DNA of 64,000 nucleotides from Actinomycetota bacterium (GTDB taxonomy: Bacteria; Actinomycetota; Actinomycetes; Mycobacteriales; JACQDL01), in NCBI GenBank assembly GCA_016201065.1, contig JACQDL010000006.1:10296-74295 (forward strand), given 5' to 3'. Both the position numbers and the translations under genes were made by a program. Positions 1 to 8,900 of the stretch are shown one piece after another; within the stretch, counting starts at the first letter, position 1; every line of letters begins with the position of its first letter. The notes under the pieces were generated by a model. It ran no database searches, was not told the DNA's origin, and worked only from the letters and a program-made list of their open reading frames with translations.

Positions 1-14
1 GGCGTGTGAGCGGT

Positions 15-899
15 TCACAGCGCGGCCCGGCGGTCCCGCACCTCGTGCGCCAGCGCGATGAGCTCCTCCCGGGTGTCCAGCCCCAGCCTGACCCTCATGT
101 TGTGCACGTGGTTGCGCACCGTGCTCACCGTGACGTGAAGCTCGGCCGCGATCTGCCGGCAGCTCGCGTCCCGCCCCAACAGCTCGAAGACCTCCCACTC
201 GCGCCGGGTGAGACCGACGCCGTCGCGGGCGTGGTCGAGCCGGACCGCGAGGCGCGCGGCGAGACCCGCCGCCCCCGCGGCTGGCTCCCCCAGATCCGGC
301 TCCCCCAGATCCGTCCCCCGACCGGCGGGCAGCTCCGGCCGGCGGGGCGGCTCGGACCCCGAGTCCTCGTCCGGGGGCGGCCGGTGGTGGACCCGCAGCT
401 CCAGCGCCAGCGCCACCGTCACGGCCGCGGCAACCACCCAGACCAGCAGCACGGCCGGGCGGACCTGCCCGTTCTCCAGGACCCAGAGCTTCGTGACGGC
501 ACGTAACGCGACGGCGACCGTGAACAGCCCCACCCCCGCCACCGCGCCCCACCGGCCGTACCGCGCGGTGAGGCGAAAGATCAGGATGGGGAACAGGACC
601 GGGGGGATGGCCTCCGGATCCGGGATGAAGAGGGCGTAGCACGCGGTGGCGAGTCCCGCGTCCACGACCAGCGACAGGTGGTGCAGGCGCGGCGGAGCGC
701 CACCGGGCCACGAAGCCGCCCGGGCCACGAAGCCGGTCCAGGCGGCACCTGCGCCGGCGACCGCGAGCGGGGTCCAGCCCGAGGGTGGATCAAAGACCAC
801 AGCCATGATCACCAGCAGCGCCGACCCGACCAGCCGCAGCTGGCCGGCGATCCGCTCCTCATGTCGCAGGTACGCACGGTCGTGCCGGAGTTCGGTCAT
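15..899 (-). CDS. LuxR-family HTH regulator with N-terminal multi-pass membrane domain
   Basis: C-terminal LTRREWEVFELLGRDASCRQIAAELHVTVSTVRNHVHNMRVRLG is a LuxR HTH; the N-terminal ~170 aa carry about 5 hydrophobic helices. Confidence 0.85.
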   Translation of the reverse strand: MTELRHDRAYLRHEERIAGQLRLVGSALLVIMAVVFDPPSGWTPLAVAGAGAAWTGFVARAASWPGGAPPRLHHLSLVVDAGLATACYALFIPDPEAIPPVLFPILIFRLTARYGRWGAVAGVGLFTVAVALRAVTKLWVLENGQVRPAVLLVWVVAAAVTVALALELRVHHRPPPDEDSGSEPPRRPELPAGRGTDLGEPDLGEPAAGAAGLAARLAVRLDHARDGVGLTRREWEVFELLGRDASCRQIAAELHVTVSTVRNHVHNMRVRLGLDTREELIALAHEVRDRRAAL

Positions 900-1068
900 T
901 TTTCCTCCCGGTAACCGTGCGGTCGCATTTCGGAGGATAAGCGCGACATTACGTCTAGTAAACTTCCGCGCCCCCGTCTATTGAGGCTGGACGCCCTTCC
1001 GGGCTCTGCTGTCCGCACGCGGACGGCCGTGGCCGGGCGAATGCCCATCAGGACTGACGGGAGCGACC

Positions 1069-2859
1069 ATGACAGGTCCCACGCACGACGCACTCCACAG
1101 CGACGCCTGGTCGGCGGCTCGACGACTCGCCCGGACCGGGCTGACCCGGCGGAACATGCTCCGGGCGGCGGGCACCGCTGGCGTGGCGCTCGGTGCGGGT
1201 GCCGCCGCGGCCCTCCCGGCGGCGGCGGCCGAGAGCGGCAGCGCGGCCGCGATGGCGCGCAGCGAGGCGGTGCGGCGCGGCAGGGCCACCCACCTCACCA
1301 TCCTGCAGACGGCCGACATCCACGGTCAGCTGGAGACCCACGACGAGTTCTTCTGGGAGAACGGCGCACCGGCCTACCGGCGCACCGGCGGCATGGCCCG
1401 GATCAAGACCCTGGTCGACCGGGCCCGGGCGGAGAACGAGGACGGGACCCTGCTCATCGACGGCGGAGACTGCATCCAGGGCAGCGGGTGGGTCGCGCTG
1501 AGCCGCGGTGGCGTGATCCCGCCGATCATGCGCGCGATGGAGTACGACATGGTCGCGCCCGGCAACTGGGAGGTCGTGTACGGCAAGCAACGGCTGGTCG
1601 AGGTGATCAGCGACTACGACGCCCCGGTCATCTCGTCGAACATGTTCCACGATGTCAACGGCCAGCCCGGGGGCTACCTGTTCACCCCGGCGTACGTGAA
1701 GGTCGTCGGCGGCGTGCGGATCGGCTTTGTCGGCTTCAACGACCCGGCCGTGCCGACCCGCCAGTCCCCCGCCTACAGCGTGGGCATCAAGTTCACCACC
1801 CCCGATGTCAACGCCCAGCAATGGATCACCTGGCTGCGCGAGGACCAGCAGTGCGACCTCGTGTTCGCGCTGACCCACATGGGGATCACCCGGCAGGTCG
1901 ACCTGGCCAGCGCCGACTACATGGTGGGCGTCGACTACATCCTGGGTGCGGACACCCACGAGCGCATCCGCACCCCGATCCACGGCACGCACTCGGCGGT
2001 GACCGAGCCCGGCGCGTTCGGGTCCTTCGTCGGTCGGCTCGACCTGGTCGTCGAGAACGGCGTGGTCAAGGAGCAGGACTACGCGCTCGTCGAGGTCGCG
2101 GAGAAGGACTTCCGGGAGAACCGGAAGGTACGCCGGACCGTCGCCCAGGTGACCGCGCCGTACCGCGCCGAGCTCAGCCAGGTCATCGGCACGACGCGGA
2201 CCCCGCTGCTGCGCTACTACGTCCTCGAGACACCGATGGACAACCTCATCACCGACGCGGTGCACGAGGTCGCCTCCGGGTTGCTCGCCAAGCAGGGCGT
2301 GACCCTGGACGTCGCGCTGTCGAACGGGTTCCGCTTCTGCCCTCCCCTGGCCCCACCTGCCGGCGGCACCGCGCCGATCACCCGCGAGTTCCTCTACAGC
2401 ATGCTGCCGATCGACTCGAACCTGAAGGTGGCCACCGTCCCGGGCAGCCTGCTGCGCCCGTGGATGGAGAAGGAGCTCAACAACGTCTTCGCCACCGACC
2501 CGAACCAGGTCTTCGGCGGCTGGGTGGTCCGGATGTCCGGGATGTCGGTGCGGTTCACGTTGGGGCGCCCCTACGGCCAACGGGTCGACAGCATCTCCAT
2601 CGGCGGCACACCGCTCGACGAGACCCGCAGCTACGTGTTCTCCGCCTGCGACCGCGACGGCGACCCGCCGACCGTGCTCTGCCGGCTCAAGGGCGTGCTG
2701 AACCCGATGGTCCTGCCGATCACGCTGCACCAGGCGATCGAGACCTACCTGGCCGCGCACTCACCGGTGGCGCCACGGGTGGAGGGGCGGGTCAGCGCGA
2801 GCGACCTGCCGCAGCTCCTGCTCGGCCAGCTCACCGGCACCGGCTACCAGTTCCGCTGA
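1069..2859 (+). CDS. Tat-exported SoxB-like / 5'-nucleotidase-family bifunctional metallophosphoesterase
   Basis: Twin-arginine leader LTRRNMLRAAG; motifs ADIHGQL, DGGDCIQG, PGNWE, LTHMG, GADTHE, GSFVGRLDL; C-terminal 5'-nucleotidase domain with SNGFRF. Confidence 0.85.
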   Translation: MTGPTHDALHSDAWSAARRLARTGLTRRNMLRAAGTAGVALGAGAAAALPAAAAESGSAAAMARSEAVRRGRATHLTILQTADIHGQLETHDEFFWENGAPAYRRTGGMARIKTLVDRARAENEDGTLLIDGGDCIQGSGWVALSRGGVIPPIMRAMEYDMVAPGNWEVVYGKQRLVEVISDYDAPVISSNMFHDVNGQPGGYLFTPAYVKVVGGVRIGFVGFNDPAVPTRQSPAYSVGIKFTTPDVNAQQWITWLREDQQCDLVFALTHMGITRQVDLASADYMVGVDYILGADTHERIRTPIHGTHSAVTEPGAFGSFVGRLDLVVENGVVKEQDYALVEVAEKDFRENRKVRRTVAQVTAPYRAELSQVIGTTRTPLLRYYVLETPMDNLITDAVHEVASGLLAKQGVTLDVALSNGFRFCPPLAPPAGGTAPITREFLYSMLPIDSNLKVATVPGSLLRPWMEKELNNVFATDPNQVFGGWVVRMSGMSVRFTLGRPYGQRVDSISIGGTPLDETRSYVFSACDRDGDPPTVLCRLKGVLNPMVLPITLHQAIETYLAAHSPVAPRVEGRVSASDLPQLLLGQLTGTGYQFR

Positions 2860-2868
2860 GGGGGAGCG

Positions 2869-4164
2869 ATGCGAACATCCATCCGCAGGCGGCCCGTCCT
2901 GGCGGCCGCGCTGACGGCCGCGCTGGCCGCCGTCCTCGCCGCCGGCACGGCGGCTCCCACCGTCTCCGCGGTCGCCGCTCCGGCCCGGGCCGATGAGCCC
3001 GGCCGGCACGACGACGCGCTCGCACCACGCCTCTACGTGATCTCGCCGTCGTCCGACCCGGACACGATCACGACGTGGTCCACCATCTCCGTCCTCGACC
3101 CGCGAACCCAGCAGGTGACCAAACAGATCCCGACCCTCGGCTTCAAACCGCACAAGTTCTACCCCATCCCGGGCCGGAACATCGCCTACATCACCCACTT
3201 CGGCGGTCCCGGGACGCCAGCGGCGATCGAGGTCTTCGACATGGTGCGCAACGAGGTCGTCGGCACCATTCCCACCGGCGGTGACGGCCCACGGCACATG
3301 GGGTTCAGCCCGGACTACCGGCACGGGTACACCGCGAACCTCGACGGCGGGAGCATCAGCGACATCGACGTCGCGGCCGGGCGGACCGTCCGCACCGTCC
3401 CCACCGGGAAGAAGCCGAACTACATCAGGTACGTCGAGACCCGGGCCGGTCCGCGGTTGTTCGTGGTCAACTTCGGCGAGGACACCATGACGGTGCTGGA
3501 GGCCCGCACGCTCGCCCCGATCGCCACCGTCACCGTGGGCAATGGGCCGTACAGCCTGATCGCGACCCCCGACCAGCGCGAGGTGATCACCGCGAACGCC
3601 AGGGACAACACGGTGACCTTCGTCGACGCGGTGAGCCTGAAGGTGCGGGCCACGGTGCCGATCGGGGGCGTCCACGAACCGATCCCGAACAATGTCCAGC
3701 GGCTGAACCTGCGGATCTCGCCGGAGGGCCGCTGGCTGTGGGTCGGCAACCAGGACGCCTCGGTGATGAGCATCGTGGACCTCCCGAGCCGCCGTCTGGT
3801 CACCCAGATCCCGGCCGGTCGCGGCGCGGACATCGCGTTCTTCCCCGCCGAGGGTCCGGCGAAGGGGTACGCGCTGGTCACCAGCCGGTACGACTACTTC
3901 GTCGTGGTGGCGAAGCTGAACGGCCAGCAACCGCCGACGTTCGTGAAGAGAATCAACCAGACCGCGCGGGGCTCGCACTTCATCACCTTCGACGAGGACT
4001 TCGAGAAGGGGTACCTGTCCCAGCGTCCCGGCGGCGCGTTCTCGGTCCTCGACCTGGCGAGCCTGACCACCATCGCCGACAGCGTGCCGGTCGGGCCGAG
4101 CCCGGAGCAGGCGACGTACGTCTGGTTCGAGCACGGCGTGGCGAGGTTCCACCTCGAGCACTGA
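2869..4164 (+). CDS. Secreted YncE/YVTN-type beta-propeller protein
   Basis: Signal peptide; repeated blades such as YTANLDGGSISDID, FVVNFGEDTMTVLE, ITANARDNTVTFVD, WVGNQDASVMSIVD. Confidence 0.85.
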   Translation: MRTSIRRRPVLAAALTAALAAVLAAGTAAPTVSAVAAPARADEPGRHDDALAPRLYVISPSSDPDTITTWSTISVLDPRTQQVTKQIPTLGFKPHKFYPIPGRNIAYITHFGGPGTPAAIEVFDMVRNEVVGTIPTGGDGPRHMGFSPDYRHGYTANLDGGSISDIDVAAGRTVRTVPTGKKPNYIRYVETRAGPRLFVVNFGEDTMTVLEARTLAPIATVTVGNGPYSLIATPDQREVITANARDNTVTFVDAVSLKVRATVPIGGVHEPIPNNVQRLNLRISPEGRWLWVGNQDASVMSIVDLPSRRLVTQIPAGRGADIAFFPAEGPAKGYALVTSRYDYFVVVAKLNGQQPPTFVKRINQTARGSHFITFDEDFEKGYLSQRPGGAFSVLDLASLTTIADSVPVGPSPEQATYVWFEHGVARFHLEH

Positions 4165-4276
4165 GGCGGGCCGGGCAGGGACACCGGGCAGGGACCCCGG
4201 GCACTGCGGTCGGTCGAGACGTCGGTTCGTAGCATGTGACGACGGGCCGGCGCGAGACCGGCCGCACGCGGAGGGA

Positions 4277-4861
4277 GTGCCGATGGTCTCGGTGCCGTCG
4301 ACCATGATGGAGCTGGGGACCCGCGCCCCCGGGTTCCGCCTGCCCGACCCGGACGGCCGGTACCACGAGCTGGCCGACCTCGCCGATGCGCCGGTGCTGG
4401 TTGTCGCGTTCATCTGCAACCACTGCCCATACGTGCAGCACATCCGTACGGTCCTGGCGGAGGTGACCGGCCGGCTCATCGATCGCGGGGTGGCCGTCGT
4501 TGGGATCAACAGCAACGACACGACCGCGTACCCGGACGACGCGCCGCCACGGATGGCCGAGGAGGCCGCGACCTTCGGGTACCGGTTCCCGTACCTGGTC
4601 GATGCCGACCAGAGCGTCGCCAGGGCCTACCGGGCGGCCTGCACGCCCGACTTCTTCGTCTTCGACGCCGGGCGTGCCCTGGTGTATCGGGGGCAGTTCG
4701 ATGCCAGCCGACCGCGCAACGACACGCCGGTGACCGGCGCCGACCTGACGAGCGCGGTGGACGCCGCACTCGCCGGCCGGCCACCCCTGCCCGACCAGTG
4801 GCCGAGCCTGGGCTGCAACATCAAGTGGCAGCCCGGCACCGAGCCTGACTACGCACCGTGA
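4277..4861 (+). CDS. Thioredoxin-fold (AhpC/TSA/redoxin) protein
   Basis: FICNHCPYV CxxC motif, AACTPDFFVFD, C-terminal SLGCNIKW. Confidence 0.9.
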   Translation: MPMVSVPSTMMELGTRAPGFRLPDPDGRYHELADLADAPVLVVAFICNHCPYVQHIRTVLAEVTGRLIDRGVAVVGINSNDTTAYPDDAPPRMAEEAATFGYRFPYLVDADQSVARAYRAACTPDFFVFDAGRALVYRGQFDASRPRNDTPVTGADLTSAVDAALAGRPPLPDQWPSLGCNIKWQPGTEPDYAP

Positions 4862-5448
4862 CCAAACGGCGGTCTCGATCCCGCGGCGGTCAGCCTGCCG
4901 TCCCCCTCCCAGTGGGCCAGCGGCGCCGCGTACTTGCGCGTGTCGCGGGCCACCACGGCGCCGAGCACGAGGCCGTAGACGACATGCACCAGCAGGCTCG
5001 GCCAGATCGCGTCGATGCCGAGCTGCCACGGCGTGGGCTGACCGAACGCCAGCGGCAGGGCCAGCGAGTTGACCGCGAGCCAGGCGAACGCGCCGTACCC
5101 CGCGCCGAGCAGGACCGGGTGCCGCATCGGGCGGCGGGCCAGCACCGCGACGAACGGGACGGCCATCCCCACGCTGATCGCGAAGTGTTCGATCGCCATC
5201 GCGCTGTAGAGGAACTGACCGAGCAGCTGCCGAATCACGAGCTCGCCGTACTTGTTGACCTCGTAGCCGGCCGACAGCAGGACCATCCCGACCGGCACCA
5301 TCGCCATCCCGCCGAGGGTTCCGGCGGCGATGCTCCGCCCGGCCACGACGGCCGGGTAGGAGCTGGACCGGCGGCGCCGCAGCAACCACCACAGCGTGGT
5401 GGCGATCAACCCAGCGGCCACCATCATGGCGAGCACGATGAGCACCAT
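4849..5448 (-). CDS. Integral membrane protein of unknown function
   Basis: About 5 hydrophobic segments, ending in SLLVHVVYGLVLG; start placed at MVLIVLAM. Confidence 0.65.
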   Translation of the reverse strand: MVLIVLAMMVAAGLIATTLWWLLRRRRSSSYPAVVAGRSIAAGTLGGMAMVPVGMVLLSAGYEVNKYGELVIRQLLGQFLYSAMAIEHFAISVGMAVPFVAVLARRPMRHPVLLGAGYGAFAWLAVNSLALPLAFGQPTPWQLGIDAIWPSLLVHVVYGLVLGAVVARDTRKYAAPLAHWEGDGRLTAAGSRPPFGHGA

Positions 5449-5730
5449 GCGTTCGGCCGGACCACCGGCAAGACCGCCGAGGTCGCTCGTGCCGCGGCGG
5501 GCGCAGAGTCTGGGGAATCGGGAACAGTCGGGGGTCGGCACCTGCGGTCTCGCTCTCTGTCCATCGGTAGGTCAGCCGGTCGGTCGATCGCCTGGCCGGC
5601 GACCTTTCGGTCACCCGAGTGGCGGGTGTGTCCTCTCCATTAGAACCAACTGCCCGAGCCGGTTGGCCAGCGCTCGATGAGGGGAATGTTCGGATCTGGT
5701 GAGCACCGGAACGTCAGGGCCACCGGAACG

Positions 5731-6573
5731 TCAGCGCCGCCGGATGACGTCGACGGACCGGTCCACCCGTCGGCGCTGCTTCATGGTGTACATGTCCAGG
5801 TCGGCGGGGGCGATGGCGGCGTCGATGGACTCCCCGACGGTGAGTGTCGCCACGCCGACCGACGCCCCGACCACGACCGCTGTCGACGTCGACAGCGTGA
5901 TCGGCAGGCTGGCCAGACCGGCGCGGACCCGCCCGACCGCGTCCTGGTCGGCGCCGTCGACGACCGCGATGAACTCGTCGCCGCCGAGCCGGCCGACCAG
6001 CGCGTCCTCGCCGGCCGCGCGCGAGAGCATCCCGGCGACCTCGCGCAGCACGTCGTCCCCGACGGAGTGCCCGAAGCGGTCGTTGACCTGCTTGAAGTCA
6101 TCGATGTCGACGCTGATGACCAGCAGGTCACGGCCCGCACCGAAGGCACCCGCCCGGTCGAAGAACCCCCGGCGGTTGAGCAGCCCGGTCAGCGGGTCAC
6201 GCAGGGCCTGCCACTCGAGCTGGGCGTGCAGGCGGTCCCGCTCGACCGCCTCGGCGAGCAGCTGACGGCGCACCCGGTCCACGTCGTCGAGCAGCCCCGA
6301 GATCACCGTGATCGATGCGGCGAGGTACCAGTTGAGCGGTGGCGCGACGAGCAACGGGACGGCGACCGGAGCCGCCAGGGCGATCTGTGAGCTGATGCTC
6401 CCGTCGAGAACCGGCACGCCGAACGCGCAGTACGACAGGTAGCAGATCGCGGTGGAGGCGAGCACTGCACCGCCCGTGGTGAGCACGACCATCCGCAGCG
6501 TGCCCGCCCGTTGCGCCGACCGAGCCAGGACACGCAGCACCCGGCGGCCGCGGTGTCGCTCCACTGCGGTCAT
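5731..6573 (-). CDS. Membrane-associated diguanylate cyclase (GGDEF)
   Basis: DPLTGLLNRR, DIDDFKQVNDRFGHSVGD, RLGGDEF, ADLDMY; two N-terminal TM helices; start uncertain (6573 or 6636). Confidence 0.9.
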   Translation of the reverse strand: MTAVERHRGRRVLRVLARSAQRAGTLRMVVLTTGGAVLASTAICYLSYCAFGVPVLDGSISSQIALAAPVAVPLLVAPPLNWYLAASITVISGLLDDVDRVRRQLLAEAVERDRLHAQLEWQALRDPLTGLLNRRGFFDRAGAFGAGRDLLVISVDIDDFKQVNDRFGHSVGDDVLREVAGMLSRAAGEDALVGRLGGDEFIAVVDGADQDAVGRVRAGLASLPITLSTSTAVVVGASVGVATLTVGESIDAAIAPADLDMYTMKQRRRVDRSVDVIRRR

Positions 6574-6626
6574 ATCGGCAGTCGGAGCAACAGAGCTGAG
6601 GTTGCGGGCTGTCTCCTCATCGACTA

Positions 6627-6638
6627 AGTTGGTCAACT
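6627..6638. promoter_or_regulatory. Probable TetR operator palindrome AGTTG-GT-CAACT
   Basis: Palindrome in an AT-rich patch between divergent GGDEF and TetR genes. Confidence 0.45.
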
Positions 6639-6672
6639 AACTAAGAGTCTACGAGTGTTGGGTGGAGCCACC

Positions 6673-7272
6673 GTGCCGACCACGAACAAACGCGACCGCC
6701 TCGTCGACGCAGCCCGGACCCTGGCCTACCGCCAGGGATTCCGCGCCACGACGCTCGCCGACGTCGCCGCCGAGGCGGCCGTACCCCTCGGCAACGTCTA
6801 CTACTACTTCCGTACCAAGGAGTCCCTCGGTGCGGCGCTGGTGGACCGTTGGGCCGCGGAGTACAAGACGCTGCGGACACGGTGGGACGCGCTCCCCGAC
6901 CCGCGGGACCGGCTGCTCGCCTTCGTCGAGATGACCGTTGCCAATCGGGACGGCCTTGCCCGCAGCGGATGCCCGATCGGCACGCTGTGCACCGAGCTCG
7001 GCAAGGAGGGCGGGCCACTGGCCGACCGCGGCGCGCGGATCTTCGGCGACCTGCTGGTCTGGCTCGCCGACCAGTTCCGGGCGCTCGGCGGTCCAGCAGA
7101 CCCGGACGAGCAGGCCCTGCAGCTGCTGTCGGCCACCGAAGGCGCCTCGGTGCTCGCGCACAGCCTCGGTTCGGCCACGCTGGTCAGCCGGGAGGGCGCC
7201 CGCCTGACCCGCTGGATCAACGACCTGGCGGCGGCGCCGGCACACCACACCCCAGCGAAAGGAACCGGATGA
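6673..7272 (+). CDS. TetR/AcrR-family regulator (LmrA/NemR-like)
   Basis: HTH GFRATTLADVAAEAAVPLGNVYYYFRTKESL; GCPIG in the C-terminal domain. Confidence 0.92.
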   Translation: MPTTNKRDRLVDAARTLAYRQGFRATTLADVAAEAAVPLGNVYYYFRTKESLGAALVDRWAAEYKTLRTRWDALPDPRDRLLAFVEMTVANRDGLARSGCPIGTLCTELGKEGGPLADRGARIFGDLLVWLADQFRALGGPADPDEQALQLLSATEGASVLAHSLGSATLVSREGARLTRWINDLAAAPAHHTPAKGTG

Positions 7273-8318
7273 CCACGAACGAGGTGGGGACCCCCGCGTC
7301 CCCACGAACCACGGTGCTCGTCACCGGGGCGACCGGATTCCTCGGCCGCAACGTCCTCGCCGCGCTGTCCCGCCGGCCGGACGTCACCGTGGTGGCGGCC
7401 TGCCGGACCCCGGACCAGCTGCCGGCGGACTTCACCGGCGAGGTCCGGCCCGGTGACCTGCTCGACCCCGAGTACCGGCGGACGGTGGTCCGCGGCATCG
7501 ACGTGGTGTGCCACGCCGGTACGAGGGGAACGCTGTGGCGACACGCGGCGCATGCGCGGGACGACTTCTACCGACCGACCATCGACCTCATGGAGCAGGC
7601 CATCCAGGCCGGGGTCACGAGGTTCCTGTTCACCGGCACGGTCGTGGTGGCGACGGTCCGCCGCGACGGCGGGCCGAGCATGGACGACTCGCCGGTCCAG
7701 CGGGCCCCCGGCTGGCCGTACCAACGCCAGATCGGCGCGGTCGAGGAGTGGATGCGCGCCAACAGCCATCGCGGCACCCAGCTGGTCGCGATGCGGTTGG
7801 GTGCCTTCGTCGGCGCCGGAAACACGGTCGGGCTCGTGCCGCTGCTGGTGCCTCGGCTGCGCACCCGCCTGGTGCCGTGGCTGGCCGGCGGACACAGCCG
7901 GCAGGCGCTGGTCGCCGACACCGACCTGGGTGAGGCGTTCGCGCTGGCCGCGACCGCTCCCGGGCTCGGTGACTACGAGTCCTTCAACATCTGCGGCCCG
8001 GAGTTCCCCACCACCCGGGAGGTGGTGACGTTCCTCGCCGAACAGACCGGCGTGCGCCTTCCGTGGTACAGCGTGCCGTTCGCCGCCGGATACGCCTTCG
8101 GCTGGCTGATGGAGGCCCTGCACCCGGTGCTTCCCGGCGACGTGCCGTTCCTCACCCGATCGATCGTGCGCCTGAGCGAGGACTGGTACTGCCCGAACGA
8201 TCATGCCCGCGACACGATCGGCTACCGGCCGACCAAGGACTGGCGGCAGGCGATCCGCGAGGCGCTCGCCGACGCTGCCGCCGAAGCCACGACCACGACA
8301 TCACGGAGCGCACCATGA
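7269..8318 (+). CDS. NAD-dependent epimerase/dehydratase (extended SDR)
   Basis: VLVTGATGFLG Rossmann motif; ATGA overlap with tetR. Confidence 0.85.
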   Translation: MTTNEVGTPASPRTTVLVTGATGFLGRNVLAALSRRPDVTVVAACRTPDQLPADFTGEVRPGDLLDPEYRRTVVRGIDVVCHAGTRGTLWRHAAHARDDFYRPTIDLMEQAIQAGVTRFLFTGTVVVATVRRDGGPSMDDSPVQRAPGWPYQRQIGAVEEWMRANSHRGTQLVAMRLGAFVGAGNTVGLVPLLVPRLRTRLVPWLAGGHSRQALVADTDLGEAFALAATAPGLGDYESFNICGPEFPTTREVVTFLAEQTGVRLPWYSVPFAAGYAFGWLMEALHPVLPGDVPFLTRSIVRLSEDWYCPNDHARDTIGYRPTKDWRQAIREALADAAAEATTTTSRSAP

Positions 8319-8878
8319 CGACCCGGATCCAGACCGGATCGGTGCTCGCCCACCGCGAGCTGACCGCGATCGACGGTACCCTCGTCAGCCTTCCCGACCC
8401 ACAGTGGATCACACACCTCCAGTTCCGCCGGTTCGCCGGCTGCCCGTGGTGCAGCCTGCACCTGAACTCGGTGGCGGCGCGGTACGAGGAGATCCAGGCC
8501 GCCGGGGTCCGGGAGATCGCTGTCTTCAACTCCTCCGCCGCGGATCTGCTCGCCTACGAGGGAGGGATGCCGTTTCCGGTCGTCGCGGACCCGAGCCGCC
8601 GGCTCTACACGGACTTCGGTGTCGACCGGTCGCCGAGGTCCCTGCTCAGCCCGCACGCGTGGCGGTCCGGGGTCCGCGGGCTGCGGGCCCAGTACGCCCG
8701 CCCGGCGGGCAGCAACGGTCGCCACCGGCCGTTGGCGCCCGGCATGGCCGCGCTCGGTCTGCCGGTGGACCTCCTGATCGCCCCGGACGGTCGGGTGCTC
8801 GCCCGTCACGACGGCACGCACGCAGGCGACCAGTGGTCGGTCACCGAGCTGCTCGCGCGGGTCGGAGCCCTGGCGTAG
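8315..8878 (+). CDS. AhpC/TSA peroxiredoxin-like family protein
   Basis: HLQFRRFAGCPWCSLH; LPVDLLIAPDG, HAGDQWS; ATGA overlap with upstream gene. Confidence 0.85.
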   Translation: MTTRIQTGSVLAHRELTAIDGTLVSLPDPQWITHLQFRRFAGCPWCSLHLNSVAARYEEIQAAGVREIAVFNSSAADLLAYEGGMPFPVVADPSRRLYTDFGVDRSPRSLLSPHAWRSGVRGLRAQYARPAGSNGRHRPLAPGMAALGLPVDLLIAPDGRVLARHDGTHAGDQWSVTELLARVGALA

Positions 8879-8900
8879 CCCGGCGGCCGGGCCCCGGCCC

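Noticed and set aside
949-961. TTAC-n5-GTAA as a LuxR box
   Set aside because: Only 4-bp arms; too weak to call
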